Assembly (NCBI GenBank): GCA_043827405.1
Contig: JBDRPD010000062.1
Span: 1 to 64,000 of the forward strand
From: Elusimicrobiota bacterium
GTDB lineage: Bacteria > Elusimicrobiota > Elusimicrobia > UBA1565
DNA length: 64,000 nucleotides
Direction of reading: 5' to 3'
Under the pieces are notes generated by a model. The model saw only the letters and a program-made list of their open reading frames with translations. It was not told where the DNA came from and ran no database searches. The translations under genes were made by a program, and so were the position numbers. The stretch's first letter is position 1; each line of letters begins with the position of its first letter. Shown piece after piece: positions 41,271 through 50,366 of the stretch.

Positions 41271-42470
41271 ATGACCACAAAAACCGATCCCCGCATGAAG
41301 TTCGTCGACGACGACGTCGCGGCCCTGAAGGAGGAAGGCCGCCATATCACGCTCAGGATCCTGCAGGGAGCGCAGGAAGCCGTATCGACCATCGACGGCA
41401 AGAAGGTCATCAACCTGACCTCGAACAATTATTTAGCGCTGGCGACCCATCCCAAGCTCAAGGCAGCGGCCAAAGAGGCCATCGACCGCTACGGCGTGGG
41501 CACCGCGGCGGTGCGCAGCATCATCGGGACCATGGACATTCACCAGGAGCTCGAGGATCGCCTGGCGCGCTTCAAGGGCACCGAGTCTTGCGTCGTATTC
41601 CAGTCCGGCTTCGCCACCAATGTGGCGGTATGCCAGAGCCTGATGACCGACAAGGCCGACCTGCTGATCTCCGATAAGCTCAACCACGCCTCGATCATCG
41701 ACGGGGGGCGGCTGTCCCGGGCGCAGCGCAAAATCTACGAGCACAAGGACATGGACTCGCTCAAGGCCATTCTCGAATCACCGGAAGCGCGCGCGGCACG
41801 GCGCAAGCTGATCGTCACCGACGGAGTGTTTTCGATGGACGGCGACGTCGCCCCGCTGCCCGCGATCATGGATTTGGCCGATCAGTACGGCGCCTTCGTC
41901 ATGGTCGACGACGCACATGCCAGCGGCGTCATGGGCAAAAACGGCCGCGGCACGCCGTCACATTTCGGCCTGACCGACCGGGTGCAGATCCAGATCGGGA
42001 CTCTCTCCAAGGCGATCGCCTCGATCGGCGGCTACGCCGCCTGCTCGGCGTCCATGCGCGAGTACCTGATCTCGACCGCGCGGCCCTTTCTGTTTTCGAG
42101 CTCACATCCGCCGTCGGTGACCGCCACCTGCATCGCCGCGGTCGAGGTGCTGGAAAACGAGCCCGAGCTCATCGACCGGCTGTGGTCGAACACCCGGCTG
42201 TTCAAGGACGGCCTGGTGAAGGCGGGCTTCGATACCGGCGCCAGCGAGACGCCGATCACGCCGGTCATGGTCGGCGACACCTTCAAGGCCAAGCAGTTCA
42301 GCGAACGGCTGTTCGCGGAGGGGGTGTTCGCCCTGTCTATCGGCTTCCCGACCGTACCCAAAGGCAAGGAGCGGCTGCGCACCATAGTGACCGCCGGCCA
42401 TACCGAGCGGGAGCTGGAGACCGCGGTCGCGACCTTCGCCAAGGTGGGCAAGGAGCTGGGAATTATCTAG
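41271..42470 (+). CDS. kbl: PLP-dependent glycine C-acetyltransferase / 8-amino-7-oxononanoate synthase family enzyme
   Basis: SNNYL, NHASIIDG, TDGVFSMDG, DDAH, GTLSK (PLP Lys); AAGGAG RBS before ATG 41271. kbl versus bioF cannot be settled by eye. Confidence 0.8.
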   Translation: MTTKTDPRMKFVDDDVAALKEEGRHITLRILQGAQEAVSTIDGKKVINLTSNNYLALATHPKLKAAAKEAIDRYGVGTAAVRSIIGTMDIHQELEDRLARFKGTESCVVFQSGFATNVAVCQSLMTDKADLLISDKLNHASIIDGGRLSRAQRKIYEHKDMDSLKAILESPEARAARRKLIVTDGVFSMDGDVAPLPAIMDLADQYGAFVMVDDAHASGVMGKNGRGTPSHFGLTDRVQIQIGTLSKAIASIGGYAACSASMREYLISTARPFLFSSSHPPSVTATCIAAVEVLENEPELIDRLWSNTRLFKDGLVKAGFDTGASETPITPVMVGDTFKAKQFSERLFAEGVFALSIGFPTVPKGKERLRTIVTAGHTERELETAVATFAKVGKELGII

Positions 42471-45099
42471 CGACGGGGCGCAAAGCCTTCCGGTCGACTA
42501 CGATGATCTCCGGGGACCCGTCGCGTACCAGCCACGCTTTGCCGTCCCTCCAGGTGAAGCCGGACAGCGGCTGCGGACCGCCGCTGAGCTCCGGAATCTC
42601 ATAGGCGTCCAGCACAGATAAGGATCTGTCGAGCTGATGCCGGTACAGGCGCCGGCTTTCCGCGTCCGCCGACCAGAAGAAGTCTTTATCTACGTAGATG
42701 GCGGCGGGCGCGCCGTTCGGGGCGGCGTAGCTCTCGATGACCGACAGCTCGCTGTCGGGCAGATGCTGGTAGATGCGGCGCTTTACCGTATCGGCCGACC
42801 ATAGATACCGTTCATCCCAGAACAGCGCCGAGGGGCTGGGTCCGGGGCTGGCGACGCGGCGGACCAGCGGCAGCTCTTTGCTCAGGAGCCGTATTTCGAT
42901 CATTCCTTTCGCGCCGTCGCAGATGTATAAGTGCTCCTTGGACGCGGCGAGGCCGGTCAGCCGCTCCGCCGGGATCGGGGACTCGCGATGCGGTATCAGC
43001 TTGCCGTCCTTGAGTTCAAGCTCGTATACCATTTGCCGCATCCAGTCCGCGGTCCACAGCCGGCCGTCGCGCCACATAAGAGCCGTGGCGTTGGCCAGCG
43101 GCAGTGTGAGCCGCCGTACCGCCGGCGCCGCCGGCGGGGGGGGAGGTGACGGCGCTTTTGCGGGGATACGCACCGCCAGCGTCCATAGCCCGAAGGCGAG
43201 CAGGGCCGTCCCCGCGACAAGGCCGAAAATTTGCACGCCGGATAGGCGCCGGCCGCCGGCGAGCACCTGCCCAATGTGGTCCGCAATGGAGTGTACCTTG
43301 GAGCGGACTTCGCCCAGTTCCTGCGCTTGGCGTCCGCTCGTTTCACTCAACTCGCCAATGCGTTTGCGCAGATCGTTGAGTTCGCGGCCGCGCGCACCGC
43401 CGGCCTGCATGAGCTTGTCCAGTTCGCGGGCCAGCTGCTCGCCGCCGGCATCTATCTGTCCTTTGAGTTCCGCCAAGATGCGCACATGCTCCTGGTCCGC
43501 GGCCTGCGCCTGTGCGAGCTTCCCCAGAATATCCGAGCGCACGTCCTCGAGCCGTACGGCCTGCCCCTGGTCCCGTTCGGCCGCCTCCTGGAGCCCGCCC
43601 AGCACGGACTCCACGCGCACGCGCAGCGCCTCGAGAGAGCGGGCGTTGGCGCCGCCCTGCGCGCGTTCCTCTTCCATCTCGCGGGCCAGCGCGTCGAGCT
43701 TGCCGGCGAGCGCCGCGTTCCCGGCTTCCTGTACCTGCGCCGCAGTTGCGATCTCGCCAGCGAGTTTCGCGTGCAGGGCCTGCCGGCCCTTATCCGCTTC
43801 CCGCGCCGCGGCTTCGATCCTGCCGGCGAGCGCCGCGTTCCCGGTTGCTTGTTTCTGCGCCGCGGCTTCGATCTCGCCGGCAAGCGCCGCGTTCCCGGCT
43901 TCCTGTACCTGCGCCGCAGTTGCGATCTCGCCAGCGAGTTTCGCGTGCAGGGCCTGCCGGCCCTTATCCGCTTCCCGCGCCGCGGCTTTGATCTCGCCGG
44001 CGAGCGCCGCGTTCCCGGCTTCTTGTTTCTGCGCCGCGGCTTCAATCTTGCCGGCGAGCGCCGCGTTCCCGGCTTCCTGGTGTCGTTCGACCTGATCCAG
44101 GCGTCGCGCGTTTTCCGCGCGCGCGGCCTCCGCCTGCTGCGCGGTGGAATCGATTTTTTTGTACAGCGCGGTGTCGCGCTCCGTCTGGAGCCGCTGTGCC
44201 GCGGCGGCGCGCCGTTCATCCTCTCCGCGGGCCGCCGCCGTCTCCTGGGCCAGGAAGTCGACCTTATCGGCGAGTACCTTGTTCCTGAGTTCCTGCCGGC
44301 GGTCGGCCTGCGCCAGGCGTTGGGCGCCTTCCGTATGCGTTCTCTCTATTTCATCCGTCAGCGAGCCGATCTTTTTTGCGATGATGGCGTTGCGGGCTTC
44401 CTGGTGCTGGTCGATCTTATTCCAGCGCCGCTCGCTTTTATCGTCGGCAATCTCCAGCTTTTGGCCGAGCGTATCTATTTTTCGCGACATTTCGGCGGCG
44501 CGGTTGCGCTGCTGTCCGTCGGTCTCGACGGAACGCTCGCGCAGGGCGCTCAGGCCTTCTTTCAATTCCTGCAGCTCGGCGGAAAATTCCTTGTGCGCCG
44601 CCAGGACGCTGCTTACGTCGCCGCGAAAGGCGCCGACCTGTCCGTTCAAGGCGTCGAGCTGTTTAGTATGCTCGGCCCCCGTGGCCAGGCTTTCCTGAAT
44701 TTCCCGGCGCAGCGCCTCGGTGCTGCGCAGCTGGCTGCTGAGGCCCTCGACTTTCTCGCGCAGGCCGCCGATGTGGCCGCCTTTCTCGGCCAGCTCCTCC
44801 CGTAAAGCGGCGATATCCTTTATCCGGCGCCCGAGCTGCGCCGCCATCACGGCCCGCGTTTTTTCCAGCGAGTCGACGCGCTCGCGCACGCCGCTGACCG
44901 CGGCGCGTATCCTGGCATGTTCGACGAGGGCTTCGACGAGGCCCTCGATCTCGCGGGCCGGCCGCCAATCCTCTTTCTGCTTGCCGTAGCGATCCTCGGG
45001 ACAGACGAGCGCGGCGTCCGAAAAGCCGGGAAGACTGAGCAGGTCCTTCCACTCATACGGGCCGACGATGTTCCGGCTGTGATATAGCCAATACTTCAT
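42463..45099 (-). CDS. Bitopic membrane protein: GYF_2-like N-terminus, long coiled coil with tandem repeats, TM helix, Pro linker, C-terminal beta-propeller-like domain
   Basis: MKYWLY...VGPY...LVCPE...W; A/E/Q/R-rich helix; IFGLVAGTALLAFGLWTLAV; PPPPP; repeated (L/I)xWDxxxLWSAD blades. Confidence 0.7.
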   Translation of the reverse strand: MKYWLYHSRNIVGPYEWKDLLSLPGFSDAALVCPEDRYGKQKEDWRPAREIEGLVEALVEHARIRAAVSGVRERVDSLEKTRAVMAAQLGRRIKDIAALREELAEKGGHIGGLREKVEGLSSQLRSTEALRREIQESLATGAEHTKQLDALNGQVGAFRGDVSSVLAAHKEFSAELQELKEGLSALRERSVETDGQQRNRAAEMSRKIDTLGQKLEIADDKSERRWNKIDQHQEARNAIIAKKIGSLTDEIERTHTEGAQRLAQADRRQELRNKVLADKVDFLAQETAAARGEDERRAAAAQRLQTERDTALYKKIDSTAQQAEAARAENARRLDQVERHQEAGNAALAGKIEAAAQKQEAGNAALAGEIKAAAREADKGRQALHAKLAGEIATAAQVQEAGNAALAGEIEAAAQKQATGNAALAGRIEAAAREADKGRQALHAKLAGEIATAAQVQEAGNAALAGKLDALAREMEEERAQGGANARSLEALRVRVESVLGGLQEAAERDQGQAVRLEDVRSDILGKLAQAQAADQEHVRILAELKGQIDAGGEQLARELDKLMQAGGARGRELNDLRKRIGELSETSGRQAQELGEVRSKVHSIADHIGQVLAGGRRLSGVQIFGLVAGTALLAFGLWTLAVRIPAKAPSPPPPPAAPAVRRLTLPLANATALMWRDGRLWTADWMRQMVYELELKDGKLIPHRESPIPAERLTGLAASKEHLYICDGAKGMIEIRLLSKELPLVRRVASPGPSPSALFWDERYLWSADTVKRRIYQHLPDSELSVIESYAAPNGAPAAIYVDKDFFWSADAESRRLYRHQLDRSLSVLDAYEIPELSGGPQPLSGFTWRDGKAWLVRDGSPEIIVVDRKALRPVAR
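43701..44079. repeat. Intragenic near-identical tandem repeat, 174-bp period (58 aa = 18+18+22)
   Basis: Sequence at 43711 recurs at 43885; protein repeat QEAGNAALAG...READKGRQALHAKLAGEIATAAQV. Confidence 0.9.
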
Positions 45100-45108
45100 A
45101 GCGCTGGC

Positions 45109-45138
45109 ATAGTATGGCGGATGCCGCAAAAGAGTCAA
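45109..45138 (-). promoter_or_regulatory. Sigma70-type promoter of the coiled-coil gene
   Basis: Minus strand TTGACT (45138-45133), 18 nt, TACTAT (45114-45109); ATG at 45099. Confidence 0.55.
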
Positions 45139-45171
45139 TAATATAAATGTTAACTGGGGATTAGGGGGGGG

Positions 45172-45247
45172 AGTCAGCGCTAACGCGCTGACAGCACTGC
45201 TTCTGTAATGTGAGGATCTGTACAGTCAGCGCTAACGCGCTGACAGC
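45172..45247. repeat. Two exact 24-bp palindromic direct repeats separated by 28 nt
   Basis: AGTCAGCGCTAACGCGCTGACAGC at 45172-45195 and 45224-45247; internal 8-bp stem GTCAGCGC/GCGCTGAC. Confidence 0.85.
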
Positions 45248-46461
45248 CCGTGACGGGCGTCCATCTCGCGGTAGACGATGTTTGAGACTTCGCGGATCAG
45301 GTCGCCGCGGGAGCTGATCCAGCGGGTATAGTTGCTCGCCGGCTTGTCCTTCTCGATGACCCCGACCAAGGTATAGGCGTACTTTTTCCCGTCGGCGCCT
45401 TTAACTTCCAGAATCCCCATATTGCCGCACAGCTGACGGGTGCTTCCGGTCTTGTCGTAGACCTTGGTGCCTTTCGGGATGTCACGCGCGCCGGTGAAGA
45501 TGCGGTCGCGGTTGGGCAGGGCCATGATGCGCTTGATCTCATCGGCGCCGGGAACGTTGTCGTGCCACAGCGCGTAGAGAAACCGGCTGTAGTCATGCAC
45601 CGAGGATTTGTTGCGGTAGGTGCGGCCGCCCCACGGGATATACTCGACGATCTCCGTATCCTGCAAAAGATGGCTGAAGCTGCGCTTAAGCAGCTCATCG
45701 ACGGCCTGCGGGCCGCCGAGACGGCGCAGGATCCAGTTGGTCGCGCGGTTGTCGCTGCGGCGGATCATGGCGGTGAGCTGGCGGCGGCTCTTCGGTCCAT
45801 AGTGCAGCTTGCCTTCGCGGACCTGGTGAAAAAACGCCATGGCGAAAAACGGTTTCACCAGGCTCGCGGCCTGCATGGGCTTGTCTTCGTTGATGTCGAC
45901 CAGCTTGTCCTTGCTCGTCAGGTCGTAGACGGACCAGGACGTGCTCTCGTCCGGACGCAGGGTCCCGCGCCGGCGCTGGGTCTGGATATAGGCGTCGATG
46001 CGCTTTTCGAGATCGGGCAGGCTGGCGAGCGCTCCCTTGGAAGGTTTATGGTGTGCGGGCAGCGCCGGGACCGGCCTCTTCGCCGGACGCCGCGCCTCTG
46101 CGGGCTCCGGGACGTTCGACCGCTGGGCCGAGGCGATGGGCCATCCTTCGCTGGCGACCATGGCGCATTTCTCCAGGCCGGATGAGGTCAGGAGCTCGTT
46201 GTGATAGTCGGCGATTTCCCGGGTCGAGAGGGCGTCGCGGTCGCGGTCGTAGATCAATCCGTAGAGGCTGCGGCCGCGGACAATGAGGAGCTTCTTGGTC
46301 ATGTGGGGGCCGAGGACGCTCAGGACGGACTGGCGGTACTTCAGCACCTGGCTGAAATCAGAATGCCAGAGGTAGGATACGTCATAGCTCTTTGCGGCGG
46401 ACGCGCGCGCGGGCGGGCAAGCGAGCGCGGTGATGAGACAAATGAAAAAACAGATTCTGAT
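45232..46461 (-). CDS. Exported serine hydrolase, class A beta-lactamase-like/PBP fold with N-terminal extension; probable non-canonical ATC start
   Basis: SxxK (ASLVK), SDN and KTG motifs; in-frame signal peptide (I/M)RICFFICLITALACPPARA upstream of the track's GTG start; GGGAG RBS 7 nt before ATC. Confidence 0.75.
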   Translation of the reverse strand: MRICFFICLITALACPPARASAAKSYDVSYLWHSDFSQVLKYRQSVLSVLGPHMTKKLLIVRGRSLYGLIYDRDRDALSTREIADYHNELLTSSGLEKCAMVASEGWPIASAQRSNVPEPAEARRPAKRPVPALPAHHKPSKGALASLPDLEKRIDAYIQTQRRRGTLRPDESTSWSVYDLTSKDKLVDINEDKPMQAASLVKPFFAMAFFHQVREGKLHYGPKSRRQLTAMIRRSDNRATNWILRRLGGPQAVDELLKRSFSHLLQDTEIVEYIPWGGRTYRNKSSVHDYSRFLYALWHDNVPGADEIKRIMALPNRDRIFTGARDIPKGTKVYDKTGSTRQLCGNMGILEVKGADGKKYAYTLVGVIEKDKPASNYTRWISSRGDLIREVSNIVYREMDARHGLSAR

Positions 46462-46530
46462 GGCGGTGCTCCCGGTTTGCGAATATGTCCATAGATGTAA
46501 CTGGAATTCGTTACATTTTCAAGTCCGCGC

Positions 46531-46614
46531 GGAAAAGCAGAGCTGGAATTCGCTTGCGCGAAGCGTAGACCGAGCCCGGCGCTGAGCGAAAACGAATTCC
46601 AGCTCGGCTTAGCC
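46531..46614. repeat. Dispersed structured hairpin element, copy 2
   Basis: 13-bp perfect stem (46540-46552/46593-46605) around the core shared with 17804-17831. Confidence 0.75.
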
Positions 46615-48170
46615 TAGTGCCGGTGATGGCGGATGCCGGTGAAGACCATGGCCATGTTCAGCTCGTCGGCGAGCTGCACCGCTTCGCGGTCCGCGCTGGT
46701 CCCGCCCGGCTGGATGCAGGCCGTCGCGCCCGCGTCCGCCGCTTCCTGCAGATGGTCGGGTCCCAGCCCGCTGTCGCTGGCGAACACCAGAATGTCATTG
46801 GGGGATATGACGGGATGCCGCTCCTGGCTCTTGACGATCGCCAGGCGCACGGCGTCCAGGCGCGTGGCCTGGCCGGCGGCGATGCCGACGGTCGACAGGC
46901 TCCTCGCGAAGACCGCCGCATGGGTCGCGGTGTGCTTGCATACCTTCCAGGCCAGGCGCAGCCCCGGCGTTTCGAGCTCGCTGGGCGCGCGGCGCGTGAC
47001 CGTCTTGAGCATCTCGGGAACCTTGGGGTTGTCGCGGTCCTGCAGCAGAACGCCGCCGGATATCGTTTTGATATCGATCTCGTTGGGCGACAGCAGCAGG
47101 GACGGCAGGCGGACGAGCCGCACGTTCTTTTTGGCGCGCAGGATGTCGAGGGCTTCGCCCGAGAAATCGGGGGCGACGATGCACTCGAGATATTCCGCGG
47201 CCAGGGCGGAGGCCGCCTCGCCGTTCACTTCGCGGTTGAAGGCCGCGACGCCGCCCGTGCAGCCGCGGGGATCGGCGCGGTAGGCGAGCTGCGCCGCCAG
47301 CCCCAGGTGCTCCGCCGCCGCCGCCCCGGCCGGATTGCCGTGGATGACGATGGCGCAGGCGGGCTCGGCGAACTCGGCGGCCAGCTCGACCGCGCGGTCC
47401 ATGCCGATATAGTGGTTGTAGGAGAGCGGCTTGCCGAAGAACAGCTCCGCGGCGTTAAGCCCCCAGGGCCGCGAGCCGCTGCGGTCGTAGAGCGCCGCGC
47501 GCTGATGCGGGTTCTCGCCGGCGCGGAGCTCGGAGGACTTTTTCAGCGCGAGCACCATCTCGTCCGGCATTTCCTTGAGGGCCGAGCTCAGGTACTGCGC
47601 GATCGTGGAGTCGTAGTAGGAGACGTAGTAGAAGGCCTTGGCCGCCAGCGACTGGCTGCGCTCGATCGGCAGGCGGCGTCTTTTTTTGAGCGTGTCGAGC
47701 ACCGGCATATAGTCGTTGGGATCGCATAAGGTGATGACGCTGGGATAGTTGCGCGCCGCCGCCCGCAGCAGCGCCGAGCCCGAGACGTCGAGGAAGTCCA
47801 GGATATCCCGTTTGGACGAGTCGCCCAATTGCGGGATATTGGCCAGCGGATAGAGGTTGACGGCGGCGAGATCGATCACCGGGATCTTTTCCCGGTCGAG
47901 GTCGCGCATCTGATCGCCGTCGCGGCGCTCGGCGATCAGGCCGGCGAACAGCCGGGGGTGGATCAGGCGGACCCGTCCCCCGCAGATATCCGGCTGTCCG
48001 GTCAGCTCGGTCACGTCCTCGTGCTGGATGCCCGCTTCCTTCAGGGTCGCGGAAGTGCCGCCGGAGCTGAGGATGCGGTAGCCCAGCTCCTGAAGCCCCT
48101 GCGCGAGCTCGACGATGCCGCTGTGGTCCGCGACGCTGAGCAAGGCGGCTTTGGGGAATTCCGCGGCCAT
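46614..48170 (-). CDS. purH: PurH (AICAR transformylase/IMP cyclohydrolase) homolog with many degenerate catalytic motifs
   Basis: Full-length 518 aa; ALLSV, SGGT, NLYP, GENPHQ, LSYN, IQPGG, TGIRH.RH. Catalytic KH reads IH, so activity is doubtful. Confidence 0.8.
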   Translation of the reverse strand: MAAEFPKAALLSVADHSGIVELAQGLQELGYRILSSGGTSATLKEAGIQHEDVTELTGQPDICGGRVRLIHPRLFAGLIAERRDGDQMRDLDREKIPVIDLAAVNLYPLANIPQLGDSSKRDILDFLDVSGSALLRAAARNYPSVITLCDPNDYMPVLDTLKKRRRLPIERSQSLAAKAFYYVSYYDSTIAQYLSSALKEMPDEMVLALKKSSELRAGENPHQRAALYDRSGSRPWGLNAAELFFGKPLSYNHYIGMDRAVELAAEFAEPACAIVIHGNPAGAAAAEHLGLAAQLAYRADPRGCTGGVAAFNREVNGEAASALAAEYLECIVAPDFSGEALDILRAKKNVRLVRLPSLLLSPNEIDIKTISGGVLLQDRDNPKVPEMLKTVTRRAPSELETPGLRLAWKVCKHTATHAAVFARSLSTVGIAAGQATRLDAVRLAIVKSQERHPVISPNDILVFASDSGLGPDHLQEAADAGATACIQPGGTSADREAVQLADELNMAMVFTGIRHHRH

Positions 48171-48171
48171 A

Positions 48172-50160
48172 TCAGCCGAGCAGCTCCAGGAAGGCTTTGA
48201 GATCGAGGATCGGGACCTCGAGCTTCTCCGCTTTTTTCGCCTTCGATCCCGGCTTGGCCCCGACCACGACGTAGGAGGTTTTCTTGGAGACGGAGGACGA
48301 GGCTTTGCCGCCGAGCAGCCGCACCTTCTCCTCGGCCTCGCCGCGCGTCATCCCCGCGAGCTCGCCGGTGAACACGAAGGTCTTGCCGGCGAGGGGGGAG
48401 CCCGCCGGAGCCGCCGTCTTCGGCTCGACCATGTTTACTTTCGCGCGTTTGAGCTCGCCGATGAGCGCGCGCACGGGCGGCCGGGCGAAGAACTGCGCGA
48501 CCGCGGCGGCGACGATGGGCCCGATCTCCGGGATGCGGGTCAGGGCTTCCTCGTCGCTGTGCATCAAGGCGTCGATGCCGCTGAAGCGCGCCGCCAGGTC
48601 GCGGGCGGTGGTCTCGCCCACCTGCGGGATGCCGAGGGCGAAAAGCAGCTTCGAGAGCGGGCGGCTCTTCGCCGCGGCGATGGCGGCGAGGAGGTTGTGC
48701 GCCTTCTTGTCCTTGAACAGCTCAAGCCGGAGCAGGCGTTCCTTGGTCAGGCCGAAGATGCCGGAGATGTCCTTGACGTCGCCGGCGTCGACCAGCTGCT
48801 CGACGACCGCGTCGCCGAAGCCCTCGATATCCATGCCGTCGCGCGAAGCGAAGTGCAGCAGCTTGCGCTTGAGCTGCGCGGGGCAGGAGGGATTGCCGCA
48901 GCGATAGGCGACGAACCCCTCCGCCTGTTCGACCGCGCCGCCGCAGGCCGGACATCCTTTCGGCGGGCGCACGGGCTTGCCGCCGGCATGCCGGACCACC
49001 TTGATGACTTTGGGGATAACCTCGCCCGCCCGCTCGATCATTACGGTATCGCCGACCCGCACATCAAGACGCTCGATCTCCTCGAAGTTGTGCAGCGAGG
49101 CGCTGGAAATCGTGACGCCGGAGAGAAATACTGGCGCGAGCTCGGCGACGGGGGTGATGGTGCCGGTGCGGCCGACCGAGAAGGTCACGCCGCGGAGCGT
49201 CGTCGTGGCCTGGCGGCCGGGGTACTTGAAAGCCATGGCCCAGCGCGGGCTCTTGGTGGTGGCGCCGAGAATCTTTTGCTCCCGCTGGAGGTCGACTTTG
49301 GCGACCAGGCCGTCGATCTCGTAGGGGAGCTCGAGCTGCCTGCCGCGGTACTCTTCGTAGACCGCGATGACGGCGCCGACGTCTTCGACGCGGCGGCTGC
49401 CGCCGGGCACGGCGAAGCCGAGGGCGCGGCAGGCGGCGAGAAAATCCGAGTGCGACTCGATCTTGGGGCCGCCTTCGATGCGGCCGAAGGAGTGGGCGAA
49501 GAACTTGAGACGGCGGGAGGCGGTCACGCGCGGGTCCTTTTGCCGCAGCGATCCCGAGGCGCAGTTGCGGGGGTTGACGAAGGGGTCTTTGTCCGCTTCT
49601 TTCAGCTCGTCGTTGATGGCGGCGAAGTCGTCTTTGTCGATATAGACCTCGCCGCGCACCTCCAGAAGCCGCGGCGTCTCCGGGCCTTCCAGCGCCAGGG
49701 GGATGGCGCGGATGGTGCGGATATTGGGGGTGACGTCCTCGCCGCTCCTGCCGTCGCCGCGGGTGGCGCCCAGGCTCAGCTTGCCGCCGCGGTAGGTCAG
49801 GGCGAGGGAGACGCCGTCGATCTTGGGCTCGACGACGTAGCCTTGGGGATCGCGGCCGAGGACCTTCTTCACCCGCTCGTCCCAGGCCCGGATGTCCGCG
49901 GCGTCGTAGGAGTTGTCGAGCGACAGCATGGGCACCGCATGGTCCACCGGCTTGAAGTCGGCGCCGACGCCGCCGCCGACGCGCACGGTGGGGGAGTCGT
50001 CGGTCTTCAGCTCGGGATGCGCGTCTTCCAGCACCTGCAGGCGCTGGAGGAGCCGGTCGTATTCCTCGTCGGAGACGGCGGGATCGTCGTCGATGTAGTA
50101 GCGGCGGTTGTGGGCGCGGATCGCGGCGCGCAGCTGGAGGATTTCCTTCCCGGCGTCCAT
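48172..50160 (-). CDS. ligA: NAD-dependent DNA ligase
   Basis: YY..DDP.VSDEEYD, EPKIDG, TRGDG, EVRGE, NPRN, AFKYP, C4 zinc finger, HhH motifs, BRCT. Confidence 0.98.
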   Translation of the reverse strand: MDAGKEILQLRAAIRAHNRRYYIDDDPAVSDEEYDRLLQRLQVLEDAHPELKTDDSPTVRVGGGVGADFKPVDHAVPMLSLDNSYDAADIRAWDERVKKVLGRDPQGYVVEPKIDGVSLALTYRGGKLSLGATRGDGRSGEDVTPNIRTIRAIPLALEGPETPRLLEVRGEVYIDKDDFAAINDELKEADKDPFVNPRNCASGSLRQKDPRVTASRRLKFFAHSFGRIEGGPKIESHSDFLAACRALGFAVPGGSRRVEDVGAVIAVYEEYRGRQLELPYEIDGLVAKVDLQREQKILGATTKSPRWAMAFKYPGRQATTTLRGVTFSVGRTGTITPVAELAPVFLSGVTISSASLHNFEEIERLDVRVGDTVMIERAGEVIPKVIKVVRHAGGKPVRPPKGCPACGGAVEQAEGFVAYRCGNPSCPAQLKRKLLHFASRDGMDIEGFGDAVVEQLVDAGDVKDISGIFGLTKERLLRLELFKDKKAHNLLAAIAAAKSRPLSKLLFALGIPQVGETTARDLAARFSGIDALMHSDEEALTRIPEIGPIVAAAVAQFFARPPVRALIGELKRAKVNMVEPKTAAPAGSPLAGKTFVFTGELAGMTRGEAEEKVRLLGGKASSSVSKKTSYVVVGAKPGSKAKKAEKLEVPILDLKAFLELLG

Positions 50161-50232
50161 GGGGACATTAAATCATTTCGCGGAACTTTTTCGGGCTTGG
50201 GTCGTAATGAGGGGCGGGGGCGAGAATGGGTC

Positions 50233-50268
50233 TTGTTATACAGTGTTATACGATCTATAATATAGGAG
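50233..50268 (+). promoter_or_regulatory. Promoter, operator-like repeat and RBS of a decayed TA module
   Basis: TTGTTA-17 nt-TATAAT (50256-50261); TGTTATAC direct repeat at 50234 and 50244; AGGAG at 50264-50268. Confidence 0.6.
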
Positions 50269-50274
50269 TTTCGG

Positions 50275-50362
50275 GTGCTTGGGATTGACCTCCTCGTTTG
50301 GAATACGGATACCGATGACGGATATGGAGAAGCAGAGATACATGAAGCATGCTCTGCACTAG
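50275..50362 (+). pseudogene. Probable internally deleted BrnT-like toxin remnant
   Basis: GTG-initiated VLGIDLLVWN resembles the BrnT N-terminus; the +1 frame gives PMTDMEKQRY, resembling the BrnT C-terminus; the middle is missing. Confidence 0.5.
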
Positions 50363-50366
50363 GGTC

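Noticed and set aside
45128..45155. dif-like sequence (…ATAATATAAATGTTAACT) near the point where gene orientation switches
   Set aside because: It lacks the ATAA-N6-TTATG spacing of dif and is explained by the -35/UP region of the adjacent promoter.
45172..45247. CRISPR array
   Set aside because: Only two repeats, one overlapping a coding end, and no cas genes; kept as a repeat.
45232..46461. Antibiotic-resistance class A beta-lactamase
   Set aside because: SxxK/SDN/KTG are shared with PBP-like hydrolases; a canonical omega-loop ExxLN is not evident and there is an extra N-terminal domain.
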